Below are positions 1 through 10,184 of a stretch of DNA of 64,000 nt, one piece after another. Origin of the DNA: Candidatus Spongiihabitans sp. (GTDB lineage: Bacteria; Pseudomonadota; Gammaproteobacteria; Arenicellales; Poriferihabitantaceae); the NCBI RefSeq assembly GCF_965247905.1, contig NZ_OZ252047.1, positions 124,620-188,619 of the forward strand, read 5' to 3'. The position numbers and the translations under genes were made by a program. The notes below the pieces were generated by a model. That model saw only the letters and a list, made by a program, of their open reading frames with translations, made no database searches and was not told the origin of the DNA. Numbering within the stretch: the first letter of the stretch is position 1; each line of letters begins with the position of its first letter.

Positions 1-3
1 GGT

Positions 4-988
4 TTGGTCATGAGTAACCATGCCGCTCTTTCACGCACGGAAAAACTGGTGGCGCACGCCGACATCCTGATCGCGATTCCAACCTGCATGCGTCCGAGAC
101 GATTGGCGCGATGTTTGGCATCAATGGCTACATTGAAGCTGCCGCCCAACAAACGAGTTGATTTGCTCGTCGCTGATAATGATTTCAGCATGAGCGCGCG
201 CGCGATGGTCGAAAACTTTTCACTTCAATCGCCATTCAATATTTATTATACGGTCGCACAAGAGCGCGGGCTTTGTCATGTCCGAAATCATATTTTTGAT
301 ACGGCGGTCATGATGAATACGGATTATGTCGCGACTTGCGATGATGATAACGCGGTATCGCCGGAGTGGTTGACGGAACTTTATTCGGCGTTAATTTCCG
401 AGCAAGCGGACTCATGCGAGGGCGTGGAAATCAACGACGCTGAAATTAAAAGCCGCGCTATCACCCCCCCCCCCCCCCCCCCAGAATCCGTCAAAGATCC
501 GCCAAGTCGATTGGCATTCCACATCTAACATTTTAATTTCAAGCCGCATATACAAAGATTTAAATCTGCGGTTTGATTTGAAGTACAACCTCACCGGCTC
601 CGAAGACGAGGAGTTTTTCCGCCGCGCCGGCATGAAAGGCGCAAAGATGATTCGAAACCGTTGCGCGTATGTTTATCCGCGCGGCATAGAAAAAAAAGCA
701 ACCCTGAAATGGATCGTTGTCGGAACTTACTGCCGATTCACGCAACGGGCTTACATCGCACGGCAATATAAAACCAAGTCGGTTCCGACAATCCTGCTCC
801 AAGCGCTCGCTAGCCTCATCGGTGGCGTGATTTTGCTCCCCTTTTGTCCGTTTCATAAACGAATACGAATCAAAACATTGCGATTGCTGATTAAGCCAGT
901 CGCATACATTCGCGGATTGTTTGGTCCGACTGATGTGAAATTATATGCGCATATCGGGGAGGGCGAAGGTGATGAAAATTGGACTTAA
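4..988 (+). pseudogene. GT2-family glycosyltransferase split by a frameshift at a C19 tract (phase-variable candidate or homopolymer error)
   Basis: ORF 4..528 (IAIPTCMRP, ADND, ATCDDDN) continues in the +1 frame after the poly-C at 464-482 as QNPSKIRQVDWHSTSNILISSRIY...LKYNLTGSEDEEFF to the stop at 988. The joined product is colinear with the intact paralogue at 1665..2639. Confidence 0.85.
464..482 (+). repeat. C19 homopolymer tract inside a glycosyltransferase gene
   Basis: 19 consecutive C counted in the sequence; removing one C restores the reading frame. Confidence 0.9.
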
Positions 989-1672
989 TCCGTTGTTGCG
1001 CCTATTCGGCTACAAAATGATTAAACCCTATCAGGATTCGCTCGTTTATCAGCACGAGTATCGAGGCGGCTATAAGGAATACAAGGAAACACAAATTTTT
1101 CATAACAAAAGGAAACTCGCACTCGTTTGGGCTGATAAAAAAACGCTCGGATTGGTTGCGGATCATTTGCGACGCCATAACAAACAAAAACTTATAGCGG
1201 CTTGTGCCACGGCGCGCGCAACGGTTTTGAAGTTGCATGGTTCAACGAACAACTCCCCGGCAAAACCATCGGCACCGACATATCAGATACCGCAAACCAG
1301 TTTCCGAATATGGTGACTTGGGATTTTCACGATGAAAATCCAGAATGGGTCAACAAGTTTGATTTTATTTACACCAATTCTCTTGATCAGGCGATGAACC
1401 CGCGCAAGGCGTTAGACGCATGGAGCATGCAAATTACATCGACAGGATTAATCTACATCGAACATACCGAAGAACATGCCCCGCAATCGGCGGGCGCAAT
1501 GGATCCGTTCGGAGCGCAAGCAATTTGCATGCCCTATTTATTTTTTCAATGGGGGAAAGGTCGTTATGAATTAGTTGACATTATTGAAGACCACAAAAGC
1601 AGTCACGGAAAAATTCCTGTATGGATTTTTGTATTAAAAGCAATCAAACGGCGGCAAAAAAGCGATGAATGA
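972..1672 (+). pseudogene. Class I SAM-dependent methyltransferase-like protein, frameshifted near the A-run at ~1186-1190
   Basis: ATG 972 frame (MKIGLNPLLR...HNKQK) switches to the frame reading TYSGLCHGARNGFEV...IGTDIS...WDFH...FDFIYTNSLDQ, which resembles Rossmann MTase motifs. Its start and stop overlap the neighbouring genes. Confidence 0.65.
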
Positions 1673-2639
1673 CAACCGTCCGTCCATTTTAATCACAATC
1701 CCAACTTGTCTGCGCCCGCGGATGCTGGCGCGATGCTTGGAGTCAATGGCGGTCATGGAACTGCCGCCAACGGCGGCGGTTTCGTTATTGGTCGCGGACA
1801 ACGATGCCAAGGAAAGCGCGCGCACGACGGTTGCCCGCTTTGCCAAAGTCGCGCCGTTCCCGGTCGCTTATACGGTCGCCGTCGATCGCGGGCTATGCCG
1901 GATAAGAAATCATATTTTCGATTACGCGGCTGAACATCGGGCTGATTACATCGCAACCTGCGATGACGATAACGTGGTAACGCCGAATTGGTTGAACGAA
2001 CTGTATGGCGTTTTGACCGAGCAACAAACCGACACGTGCAGCGGCGTGGTTATCGAGGCGCCGAATGGAATACCGGCGAAGCGAGCAAAACGCGCGCAAC
2101 CACCGGGCAATATTAAATGGGAAAAATCACATTCAACCTCAAACTTGCTTATTTCAAGCAAAATTTATGAAAAATTGGGGTTGCGGTTTGATTTGCGATT
2201 CAACTTCTCGGGCGCGGAAGATATTGAACTATTCGATAGAGCATACCAAGCGGGCGCAAGACTGATTAGAAATCGAAACGCGGTTGTGTATCACATAACG
2301 AATGAATCACGCCAATCCATGAAATACCGAATAGCGCGCATCTATAGCGGTTATGTTCAAAGTACTTATATCAGCAGATTGCGCAACAAGAAATCGGTCG
2401 CTGCAATTTTGCTCTCGGCGCTGAGCAACCTCATCGGGGGAATAATCACATTGCCGCTTTGCCCGTTTCATGTCGCAATGCGAAAACGCTGTTTGAAATC
2501 ATGGATTAAACCGGTTGCTTACATTCGCGGTTTGTTTGGATGCGGCAGATCAAAAACATACATCGACATCGCGGAGGATAAATACTGCCCGCTGATTCTC
2601 GATCCCGACGCCCGTCACGCGCCGGGCGGCGGTAAATGA
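1665..2639 (+). CDS. GT2-family glycosyltransferase
   Basis: ITIPTCLRP, VADND, ATCDDDN (DxD), GAED motif and hydrophobic C-terminus; paralogue of 4..988. Confidence 0.85.
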   Translation: MNDNRPSILITIPTCLRPRMLARCLESMAVMELPPTAAVSLLVADNDAKESARTTVARFAKVAPFPVAYTVAVDRGLCRIRNHIFDYAAEHRADYIATCDDDNVVTPNWLNELYGVLTEQQTDTCSGVVIEAPNGIPAKRAKRAQPPGNIKWEKSHSTSNLLISSKIYEKLGLRFDLRFNFSGAEDIELFDRAYQAGARLIRNRNAVVYHITNESRQSMKYRIARIYSGYVQSTYISRLRNKKSVAAILLSALSNLIGGIITLPLCPFHVAMRKRCLKSWIKPVAYIRGLFGCGRSKTYIDIAEDKYCPLILDPDARHAPGGGK

Positions 2640-3601
2640 AACTCCCCATTATTCAATCGGTATGGGTTGGCAATCCGCTGTCGCGACTGGAGCAATTATG
2701 CGTAAAGTCATTCCTCGATCACGGGCATGAGTTTCATCTTTACACCTACGATGAAGTCGGAAACATACCGCTCGGCGCGACCATTAAAGATGCCAATAAA
2801 ATTGTCCCGAGAGATGAAATCTTCACTTATAAAGGCGGGAGTTTTGCCGGTTTTGGCAATCTGTTCAGATATGCCTTGCTGTCGAAAAAAGGAAATTTTT
2901 GGGTTGATATGGATGTTGTTTGCATCAAGCCGCTCGCCTTTGACGAAAAAATAGTTTTTGCCGCTTCGATTGATTCGGGTTACGAGTGCTCGGTTCTGGC
3001 TTTTCCTAAAGGGCATGCGTTGTGCGAACAATTAGAGCAAGCGTGCCGCCATCATAATTGGGACTTCCCCTGGGATGATCTCGCCGACAAAAAACGAAAA
3101 CGCAAAGCGCGCTGGCTGAAGCAACGCAAAGAGAAAACCGCCTTCGGAAAAATTGGCGGACCCGTTGTGTTCTCAAAGGCGGTCGATTATTACAAACTGC
3201 AATCGCACGCCAAGCCGTTCATGTATTTCTACCCGCTGCATTATCCAATCGGCGAGCATTATTTCACCGACAAGTTTCACGAAGGCATTCGGCTGTATCA
3301 CGACACCCACGCCGTTCACCTATGGAACGAACACATCCGCCGAACACCCGGATTCGACAAAAACGCGCGTTTTGACAAGCACTCTTTATTCGAGCAGTTG
3401 GCAAAAAAGCACGGCATAGAACCCGCGCCGAACGCGCCGCGCATAAAAAGCGCCGAATTAATTGCGCTGGTTAAGGCGCACAACAGCGAGGGCGCGAAAA
3501 GAAAACGGCGGCAACGGAAAATACTGCTGGCGTTGGCGCTGGCGGTGGTTTTTGGGATGGTTGCTGGGCAATATCTCGTAGGATTCTCAGGATTTGAATA
3601 A
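2636..3601 (+). CDS. DXD sugar-binding glycosyltransferase (GT32/alpha-1,4-GT-like) with C-terminal membrane anchor
   Basis: QSVWVG, LFRYALL, WVDMDVVC, AVHLWNE motifs; basic stretch followed by a TM helix; ATGA overlap with the upstream gene. Confidence 0.8.
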   Translation: MKLPIIQSVWVGNPLSRLEQLCVKSFLDHGHEFHLYTYDEVGNIPLGATIKDANKIVPRDEIFTYKGGSFAGFGNLFRYALLSKKGNFWVDMDVVCIKPLAFDEKIVFAASIDSGYECSVLAFPKGHALCEQLEQACRHHNWDFPWDDLADKKRKRKARWLKQRKEKTAFGKIGGPVVFSKAVDYYKLQSHAKPFMYFYPLHYPIGEHYFTDKFHEGIRLYHDTHAVHLWNEHIRRTPGFDKNARFDKHSLFEQLAKKHGIEPAPNAPRIKSAELIALVKAHNSEGAKRKRRQRKILLALALAVVFGMVAGQYLVGFSGFE

Positions 3602-4314
3602 TGAAAACTTGCATCATAAAACTCAGAAAGAAATGGCGGGTTCTATGGAATGTACAAGAGGTCACATACTATGGCGTAAAAATTTGCACCGCGAAAGACA
3701 AAGTTCCGAGTCTGGTTCGCTTAGGATTGTTTAAGGGTGATTATGAAAAATCCGAATGTGAGTTTGTTAATCGAGCGGTTACGCACGACTGCAGAGTGTT
3801 AGAGATCGGTGCAGGCATCGGTCTTGTGGGGATTATTGCCGCCAAAATATGCGGACCAGAAAATGTATTTTGTTACGAGGCAAATCCAGAATTAAAACCG
3901 ATGATTCATCACAATTATCGTCTTAATGGATTCACGCCAAATGTAACCATGTGTGCGGTCAGTTCGGATGGGCGAAAACTCACATTCTACAAAAATGACA
4001 ATGTTGTTTCATCAAGCATCTATGACCGCGGATTACAAACCAATCAAACATCAATCGAATCGCTTGCCATAAACACCTTAATTGAACGCCACTCGCCACA
4101 AGTAATTATTATGGATGTCGAGGGAGCGGAAGCCGAACTTCTGCCATCCGCGAATCTGTCAAAAGTAGACTCACTTGTCATTGAAATGCATCCGCAAGTC
4201 ATCGGTGATAAAGCGGTTGCTGGACTGACGGCGACACTGAAAGAAAAAGGATTCGACCTGATTGACGCAACAGGCAATGTTTATTTTTATAGCATTGGGA
4301 ATAAGGAAAAATAG
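3601..4314 (+). CDS. FkbM-family methyltransferase
   Basis: VLEIGAGIG, YEANP, IMDVEGAE, VIEMH motifs. Confidence 0.85.
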   Translation: MKTCIIKLRKKWRVLWNVQEVTYYGVKICTAKDKVPSLVRLGLFKGDYEKSECEFVNRAVTHDCRVLEIGAGIGLVGIIAAKICGPENVFCYEANPELKPMIHHNYRLNGFTPNVTMCAVSSDGRKLTFYKNDNVVSSSIYDRGLQTNQTSIESLAINTLIERHSPQVIIMDVEGAEAELLPSANLSKVDSLVIEMHPQVIGDKAVAGLTATLKEKGFDLIDATGNVYFYSIGNKEK

Positions 4315-4338
4315 CACTAAACTAAAATCGACCATTAA

Positions 4339-4965
4339 CTAAACAAGCCAAACCTCGGAATCGCGAAGAATTTCCTGTAAAACGCCATTGCGTCGCCACC
4401 GCACCGACATCGACCGAATCAATCGTCGCCATTTTCGGTTTGCTTTATAGCCGGCAAGATGTTTGTTCAGACTGAACACGGAAACAAACTCATTTGCCCC
4501 GAGGCTGTCGATTGAAAACAAACGGCCGGTTCCTTTTGTCGCGCCAAGCGCGTAGACATTATTCGGTAAATGACTGCTGGGTCCTATGATTCGGTTGTCG
4601 ATAAAATAACGACGATAGGCGCGCAAGTTGCCGAGGATGCTTTGGTAATGGGTTTCGGTGAATTCGCTCGAATGAAAATAATCCGTAATCGGCCTTGCGA
4701 CCGCGCCGCCATCATCGCGGATTAAATCGAAGACATAGCCGCGGCCGAAGTTGGTGTCAATACAGCCATGAAATCGTGTCATCATGTCAAACGGCGCGGC
4801 GCGCTGTTCAAGCCACCGGTAATACTTTATCTGCGCGGAAGTTTTGCGCTTCCGCGCATAGTGTCCTTGCACATAATCAATCTTGACGCACAAATCCGCG
4901 TTGTCGGGATGACGATAAACTTCGCGCACATCGCCCTTGCTGATCAGATCGGTGAGAATCATCAC
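4339..4965 (-). CDS. YrbL-family (kinase-like) protein
   Basis: KGDVREVYRHPDNADLCVKI, TNFGRGYVFDLIRD and IDSLG are typical of YrbL/PhoP-regulon proteins. Confidence 0.7.
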   Translation of the reverse strand: MMILTDLISKGDVREVYRHPDNADLCVKIDYVQGHYARKRKTSAQIKYYRWLEQRAAPFDMMTRFHGCIDTNFGRGYVFDLIRDDGGAVARPITDYFHSSEFTETHYQSILGNLRAYRRYFIDNRIIGPSSHLPNNVYALGATKGTGRLFSIDSLGANEFVSVFSLNKHLAGYKANRKWRRLIRSMSVRWRRNGVLQEILRDSEVWLV

Positions 4966-5086
4966 AAAGTCGTGAATTGAATTAAATCAGACGGTGAATA
5001 ATAGCACATTGACTTTCTCGAAGCGGCGGCAGCCCCCGTCCTGCGAATCCAAAATGCTGTTATTCCTGCCCTTACACCCCTGTCGT

Positions 5087-5133
5087 CATTCCAACGAAAG
5101 CATGTCCTCGTGAAAACGGGGGTTGGAATCCAG
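5087..5133 (+). repeat. CGTCATT...AATCCAG palindromic (REP-like) repeat with enlarged loop
   Basis: CGTCATTCCAAC...GTTGGAATCCAG. Confidence 0.7.
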
Positions 5134-5173
5134 TCAATCGTAAAGATAAGGGGACACAAACGTTAATTATTAA

Positions 5174-5853
5174 GGTTCAAGATACTTTAAGGTATAGTGA
5201 AATGGTCATACCTAATTGTTCTATAAATGAAAAACAAGGATGTCATTCGTTGCCGAATTTCCGAGAAGAAATTCAGGGCGATTCCACGGCTGTTTCGCCT
5301 TGATATCGAGGCTTGCAAAGTCGCACAAATCACTGGCATCTCTGGCCCGGCGACCAGCCGATTGTATATTCAAATCAGACAACGCATCGCCGGGCAATGC
5401 GAGCATATGTGTTCACTAATTCACTGCCCTGTTTTGTTCCTTTCCAGCGGTGTTTTAGCGCCGCCCTCTCGGCCGTCATTCTCGCATCGAACGGCGCGGC
5501 ATCAAAGCAAAGGAGTCCGGCTGCGCCGGACGGCATATTCCACTGGATTGCCCGGCCAATAATAATATGGGCCGGGCAATGACGAATTAAGGTAATAGAG
5601 CACGTTTTAATGTCACGCTTTGCGTGACACTTATTTACCATTGCCCCCTCAAAAGGACTCATCGCCTTCCGATTCACCGTTGTCCCCCCAGCCCGTCATT
5701 CTCGCCGCAGGCGGGAATCCAGTTAAAATATGTCGTCCGGCGTAGCCGGACCCCTTTGAAAGAGTGTGAGTTTCGCTTCCATATGCGCCACGAAAATGGG
5801 TGTCAATATCTGCTAAAATCTATCCGAAATCACCGCTTAAAGTATCTTGAACC
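5174..5853 (+). mobile_element. Non-autonomous IS1595-derived element, copy 1 (680 bp), with REP-like cargo
   Basis: TIRs GGTTCAAGATACTTTAAG / CTTAAAGTATCTTGAACC; 8-bp TSD ATTATTAA (5166-5173, 5854-5861); transposase N-terminal remnant MKNKDVIRCRISEKKFR and C-terminal remnant LKECEFRF. Confidence 0.9.
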
Positions 5854-5865
5854 ATTATTAAAATC

Positions 5866-5927
5866 GCCTAACTAAACACTCAAGCGGACGGGCAAAAACA
5901 GCCCGCCGTTTAGTTTTAATGTTATAT
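5866..5927 (+). other. attC-like integron recombination site
   Basis: GCCTAAC (RYYYAAC) ... central inverted repeat GCGGACGGGC/GCCCGCCGT ... GTTATAT (GTTRRRY-like); 62 bp. Confidence 0.7.
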
Positions 5928-5930
5928 GCT

Positions 5931-5959
5931 TTGACAACCGAGTCGTTACGCGTTACATT
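5931..5959 (+). promoter_or_regulatory. Sigma70 promoter of higBA (probably a leaderless transcript)
   Basis: TTGACA-17 bp-TACATT, ending 6 bp before the GTG start at 5966. Confidence 0.7.
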
Positions 5960-5965
5960 TCCTTC

Positions 5966-6244
5966 GTGATTAGAAGCTTCAGACACAAAGGGCTGGCAAA
6001 ATTTTTTGAAACTGGCGATACCGCAGGTATCCAGAATCAGCATGCAAAAAGGCTTCGTTTAATTCTCGGTAGATTGCATGTGTCTATTCAGCCACAAGAT
6101 ATGGGTTTGCCTGGATTACGGCTTCATGCGCTTTCTGGCAAACGAGCTGGTATTTGGTCGGTTTGGGTAAGCGGCAATTGGAGGATTACATTCCGCTTTG
6201 AAAACGGGCATGCCGAGACAGTCGATTATGAAGATTACCATTAG
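5966..6244 (+). CDS. higB: HigB (RelE/ParE superfamily) toxin
   Basis: [10 protein letters not shown]...LHALSG...[15 protein letters not shown]...DYEDYH signature. Confidence 0.92.
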   Translation: MIRSFRHKGLAKFFETGDTAGIQNQHAKRLRLILGRLHVSIQPQDMGLPGLRLHALSGKRAGIWSVWVSGNWRITFRFENGHAETVDYEDYH

Positions 6245-6252
6245 GTGAAATT

Positions 6253-6570
6253 ATGCAAATGTTTAATCCCCCTCATCCTGGAGAAGTACTTAAAGCGCTT
6301 TGTCTTGAACCTGTCGGTATTTCTGTTACCGCTACAGCGAAGGCTTTGGGTGTTAGTCGTAAAACACTAAGTTCTATTTTAAACGGTCGTTCAGGTGTTA
6401 GCCCAGAAATGGCTATTCGCCTATCAATTGCTTTTGATACATCCGCAGAAAGTTGGCTTAATCAACAGTTGCACTACGATTTATGGCGGGCAGAAGAGCG
6501 CCGCAGTGAGCTTAATGTTCAAAAAGTTGTTGCGTCTTTAAGTCAAACTAATCAGCGTATAACAAGTTAA
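6253..6570 (+). CDS. higA: HigA antitoxin (HTH-XRE)
   Basis: [11 protein letters not shown]...LGVSRKTLS...SPEMAIRL...SAESWLNQQ. Confidence 0.92.
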   Translation: MQMFNPPHPGEVLKALCLEPVGISVTATAKALGVSRKTLSSILNGRSGVSPEMAIRLSIAFDTSAESWLNQQLHYDLWRAEERRSELNVQKVVASLSQTNQRITS

Positions 6571-6606
6571 TCCAGCTTACGGCGTCAGCTGATTGAAGCG
6601 TTATGC
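6557..6606 (+). other. Short or degenerate attC-like site closing the higBA cassette
   Basis: GTATAAC AAGTTAATCCAGCT...AGCTGATTGAAGC GTTATGC; GTATAAC is near-complementary to the upstream GTTATAT core. Confidence 0.55.
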
Positions 6607-6709
6607 GGCTGAAGAAACGAGATGAATAAGTTGTGTTTTTTGTCGAATTTGACGAATACCGACTGGGCTGCCTGGGTTCAGGCCGTTGGCTCTGTCCTAG
6701 CAATAATCG

Positions 6710-6942
6710 CAGCAATCCAAACGACATCAAAACCTTCGGCGTCGGCGCAACCTTCGTAACATCAACCGCGGTGGCGGAAGATGTCATCTACCAAATCGTC
6801 AAGGCGGTCTTCGATAATTTCGGAGATTTCAAAAAACTTCACCCGGCTTTCGGCGGGCTTGTCGAGTCCGAGATGATCAAAGATGTCTTGTCGGCGCCGC
6901 CGCGGCGCGGTTAAATACTACAAGGAACGCGGCTGGATGTAA
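6710..6942 (+). pseudogene. C-terminal fragment of a TAXI-family TRAP solute-binding protein
   Basis: KTFGVGATFVTS...VKAVFDNFGDFKKLHPAF, then a frameshifted GAVKYYKERGWM stop; no N-terminus present. Confidence 0.75.
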
Positions 6943-6956
6943 TCAAGCAAAACATC

Positions 6957-6981
6957 GGGGGGGGGCTTCGGCCCCCCCTTT
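6957..6981 (+). terminator. Rho-independent terminator-like hairpin
   Basis: G-run-CTTCGG-C-run hairpin followed by TTT. Confidence 0.6.
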
Positions 6982-7012
6982 GCACACAACTAACCAATTC
7001 ACATAAACGACC

Positions 7013-7357
7013 GTGCAACCTATCAAACACCTATCGTTCTTTTTTATCCCTTTTGTTATGCTTGTGGCCTGCAGTGAAAGCGAGGGACCAACAGGCGAGG
7101 AGCTAACAAAAGCCAGCGCGTCTGTTTACAATCAAGATATTCGCAAGGCAACAACAAGCAGGGATTTATCAAAAGCAGATTTGGCTTGGCATGCTCAGAA
7201 CACCTATGGGTGGGATTGTGCTGAAGTCGCATCAAAAAGGGAAAATACTTCTAGCGAGTACTTTATTATTGAGTGCGCCAGTGGAAAAAAACTCCGCGTT
7301 TATATGAGAGATGGAAAGCATCCTAAAATCACCAATGAAAGTGGCGGATACAATTGA
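7013..7357 (+). CDS. Hypothetical lipoprotein
   Basis: Hydrophobic signal peptide with lipobox LVAC; 114 aa. Confidence 0.6.
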   Translation: MQPIKHLSFFFIPFVMLVACSESEGPTGEELTKASASVYNQDIRKATTSRDLSKADLAWHAQNTYGWDCAEVASKRENTSSEYFIIECASGKKLRVYMRDGKHPKITNESGGYN

Positions 7358-7370
7358 AATGCTAATAACC

Positions 7371-7409
7371 ACATCCATACTCATGCCCAGCATGAGTATG
7401 GATGTTTTT
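7371..7409 (+). terminator. Perfect 16-bp stem hairpin between convergent genes
   Basis: ACATCCATACTCATGC-CCA-GCATGAGTATGGATGT followed by a T-run. Confidence 0.7.
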
Positions 7410-7437
7410 ATAAGAAATATACAATGAAATGAATATT

Positions 7438-8298
7438 TTACTTATCTAGGACAGCCCTATCTATTTCAGGCTTGGTCCCCAATGCGAGTTCTGTTACAAA
7501 TCCATGCAGGTTGTTCACGATCTGGTCGCTCTGCAGATTTTGCTCCAGTCCTTGTGCGATGCGTTCTATCAGTGCCGAGCCCACCACGGCGGCGTCGGCG
7601 ATGGATGAAATTTTGCGCACTTGTTGTTTGGTTTTGATGCCAAAGCCGACCGCGATTGGCAATGAAGTTTGACTTCTTATCCGGCGGATGGCGGTGTTCA
7701 CATCGGATGGTTGCGCCGAGCGCGTGCCGGTGATGCCGGCGATGGAAACATGATAGACGAAGCCGGAACTATTTTTCAGCACCGTCTTGAGCCGTGCGCG
7801 ATGCGTGGTCGGGGTGGTCAGCCGAATCCAGTTTAAGCCGGCGGTCAGGCAAGGATGGCACAGTTCGTCGTCCTCTTCCGGTGGCAGGTCAACGATGATC
7901 AGGCCATCCACGCCGACGCTGATGGCATCGTCCAAAAACCGTTGATTGCCGTAATGATAAATCGGGTTGTAGTAGCCCATTAATACGATGGGCGTTTGCG
8001 CGTCGCGCTGGCGAAACTGCGCCACCATGTCCAAGGTTTTAACCAAAGTCATGCCGCTTTTTAGCGCGCGCAGGCTGGCGGCTTGAATGGCCGGGCCGTC
8101 GGCCATCGGGTCGGAAAATGGCATGCCCAATTCAATGATATCCGCCCCGGCCGCGGGCAAGCCGTCCAAGATTTTTTGCGCGGTGTCGGCATCGGGATCG
8201 CCGGCGGTGGTGAACGTGATTAAGCCCGCGCGCCCGGCGGATTTGAGTTGCGCGAACCGCTGCGCCAGCCGTTCGCCGCGCATGACTTTTGTCATCAT
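7438..8298 (-). CDS. trpA: Tryptophan synthase alpha subunit
   Basis: [32 protein letters not shown] motifs. Confidence 0.97.
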   Translation of the reverse strand: MMTKVMRGERLAQRFAQLKSAGRAGLITFTTAGDPDADTAQKILDGLPAAGADIIELGMPFSDPMADGPAIQAASLRALKSGMTLVKTLDMVAQFRQRDAQTPIVLMGYYNPIYHYGNQRFLDDAISVGVDGLIIVDLPPEEDDELCHPCLTAGLNWIRLTTPTTHRARLKTVLKNSSGFVYHVSIAGITGTRSAQPSDVNTAIRRIRSQTSLPIAVGFGIKTKQQVRKISSIADAAVVGSALIERIAQGLEQNLQSDQIVNNLHGFVTELALGTKPEIDRAVLDK

Positions 8299-8350
8299 AA
8301 CGGCATGCTCATAACTTCAGGTTCATAACTTTACGCTCATAACTTCACGC
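8295..8350. repeat. Four degenerate 14-bp tandem repeats at the trpB stop / trpA start junction
   Basis: TCATAACGGCATGC TCATAACTTCAGGT TCATAACTTTACGC TCATAACTTCACGC. Confidence 0.75.
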
Positions 8351-9593
8351 CGAGGGCATCGGCCACGGTGAATACATCCTTGTCGCCGCGGCCACACAGG
8401 TTCATGACAATAATTTTATCCTTCGTCATCGTGGGCGCAATTTTGGCGACCTGGGCCAGCGCATGCGCCGGCTCCAAGGCGGGGATGATGCCCTCGGTGC
8501 GGCAGCACAACTGGAACGCATCCAGCGCCTCAGCATCGGTAACAGAGACATATTGCACCCGCCCGATTTCATGTAGCCACGAATGTTCGGGCCCGATGCC
8601 AGGGTAATCCAGGCCAGCAGAAATGGAATGGGCATCGCAAATCTGGCCGTCGTCATCTTGCAAAAGATAAGTGCGATTGCCATGCAATACCCCGGGCTTG
8701 CCGCCGCTCAGCGAGGCCGCGTGTTGCCCGGTATCGATGCCATGGCCAGCGGCTTCAACGCCGATGATGGCTACGGCTTCATCGTCAAGAAAGGGATGAA
8801 ATAGACCGATGGCATTCGAGCCGCCGCCAATGCAAGCCAACAGGGTGTCTGGCAATCGATTTTCTTTTTCAAGAATTTGCTGCCTGGTTTCTCTGCCAAT
8901 GACGCATTGAAAATCACGCACCATTTCTGGATACGGATGGGGTCCGGCTACGGTGCCTATAATATAAAAAGTATCCTCAACATTTGACACCCAATCGCGC
9001 AATGCTTCATTCATGGCATCTTTTAAGGTCGCGGTCCCGCTGGCCACCGGTATGACCTCGGCACCCAAAAGTTTCATACGAAATACATTCGGCGCCTGGC
9101 GCTTGATGTCGGTCTCGCCCATATACACCACGCACGGCAAATCGAATAAGGCGCAGACGGTCGCGGCGGCGACGCCATGCTGGCCAGCGCCGGTCTCGGC
9201 AATGATGCGCCGTTTGCCCATGCGCTTGGCCAGCAAAATTTGTCCAAGGGTGTTATTAATCTTGTGCGCGCCGGTGTGATTCAGTTCATCACGCTTGAAA
9301 TAAATCTTGGCGCCGCCGAGTTCCTGGGTCAGGCGTTCGGCAAAATAAAGCGGGCTGGGCCTGCCGACGTAATCCTTGGCGTAATAATCCAACTCCTGCA
9401 GAAAATCCGCGTCATCGCGATATTTATTGTAGGTGGTTTCCAGATCGAGAATAAGCGGCATTAAGGTCTCGGCCACGAATCTGCCGCCGAAAATCCCGAA
9501 GTGCCCGCTATCGTCCGGACCGGATCGAAATGATTCTGGGCGAACTGATTCAGGCTCAAGACTGTCCATTAAGTTTTTGCTTGCGTTAGCCAT
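8337..9593 (-). CDS. trpB: Tryptophan synthase beta subunit
   Basis: [40 protein letters not shown]. Confidence 0.98.
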   Translation of the reverse strand: MANASKNLMDSLEPESVRPESFRSGPDDSGHFGIFGGRFVAETLMPLILDLETTYNKYRDDADFLQELDYYAKDYVGRPSPLYFAERLTQELGGAKIYFKRDELNHTGAHKINNTLGQILLAKRMGKRRIIAETGAGQHGVAAATVCALFDLPCVVYMGETDIKRQAPNVFRMKLLGAEVIPVASGTATLKDAMNEALRDWVSNVEDTFYIIGTVAGPHPYPEMVRDFQCVIGRETRQQILEKENRLPDTLLACIGGGSNAIGLFHPFLDDEAVAIIGVEAAGHGIDTGQHAASLSGGKPGVLHGNRTYLLQDDDGQICDAHSISAGLDYPGIGPEHSWLHEIGRVQYVSVTDAEALDAFQLCCRTEGIIPALEPAHALAQVAKIAPTMTKDKIIVMNLCGRGDKDVFTVADALGVKL

Positions 9594-9660
9594 GTCAAAT
9601 TGTGATTAAAAACAAACACCGGATTATACAGATTCAAACCAGAAAAGACCGGCTGTACAA

Positions 9661-10006
9661 GAGTCTATTCCAATCCTAAAATGATACTGAACAAGGGGTT
9701 ATCGTTGGGGTGGCGGGGGTGATTCTTGGGCTCAGCGAAGCCGCGCTGTTTGATGCGAGAATCCAGACGCGGCGAAGCCGCGATAAAAGGAGTTCGGCTT
9801 CGCCGAACGGTTTAATAACTGGATTGCCCGGAACAAGCCGGGCAATGACGGATTGGGATACAATGGTAAATCGGAAGGCAATACTCCTTGTGAGACGCCA
9901 AAAGTGATCGAGAAAAAACTGTCAGCGAAATAGTGAACATATACAATTGCCGAAGTTCCCCGTCCAGTCCCGTTATCTCCAGGCCCGTCATTCCCGCGCA
10001 AACGGG
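9661..10006. repeat. Composite intergenic repeat: 31-bp IS-end-like motif plus REP modules shared with the IS1595-derived elements
   Basis: 9662-9692 is identical to 33515-33545; AAGGAGTTCGGCT.CGCCGAACGGTTTAATAACTGGATTGCCCGGAACAAGCCGGGCAATGACG is near-identical to ~22329-22391. Confidence 0.75.
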
Positions 10007-10184
10007 ACACCACATGAGCGCAGGGCTGCCAGCGGACCCATGATCATTGCCGGCCACACGATGGCTTGGATTGACGCCGCCGATGGCGCGCTGTCGGCAA
10101 CCCGCCCTGGCGACCTGATTTTGTCTCATATGCAGTGAACCCGGGCAATGCATGGACTTTTGAAAAAGGGGCTTTTATACTCCT

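Noticed and set aside
5221-5875. Small ORFs within the three IS1595-derived elements as functional proteins
   Set aside because: They are transposase-end remnants running into repeat DNA; frames differ between copies and no DDE core is present.
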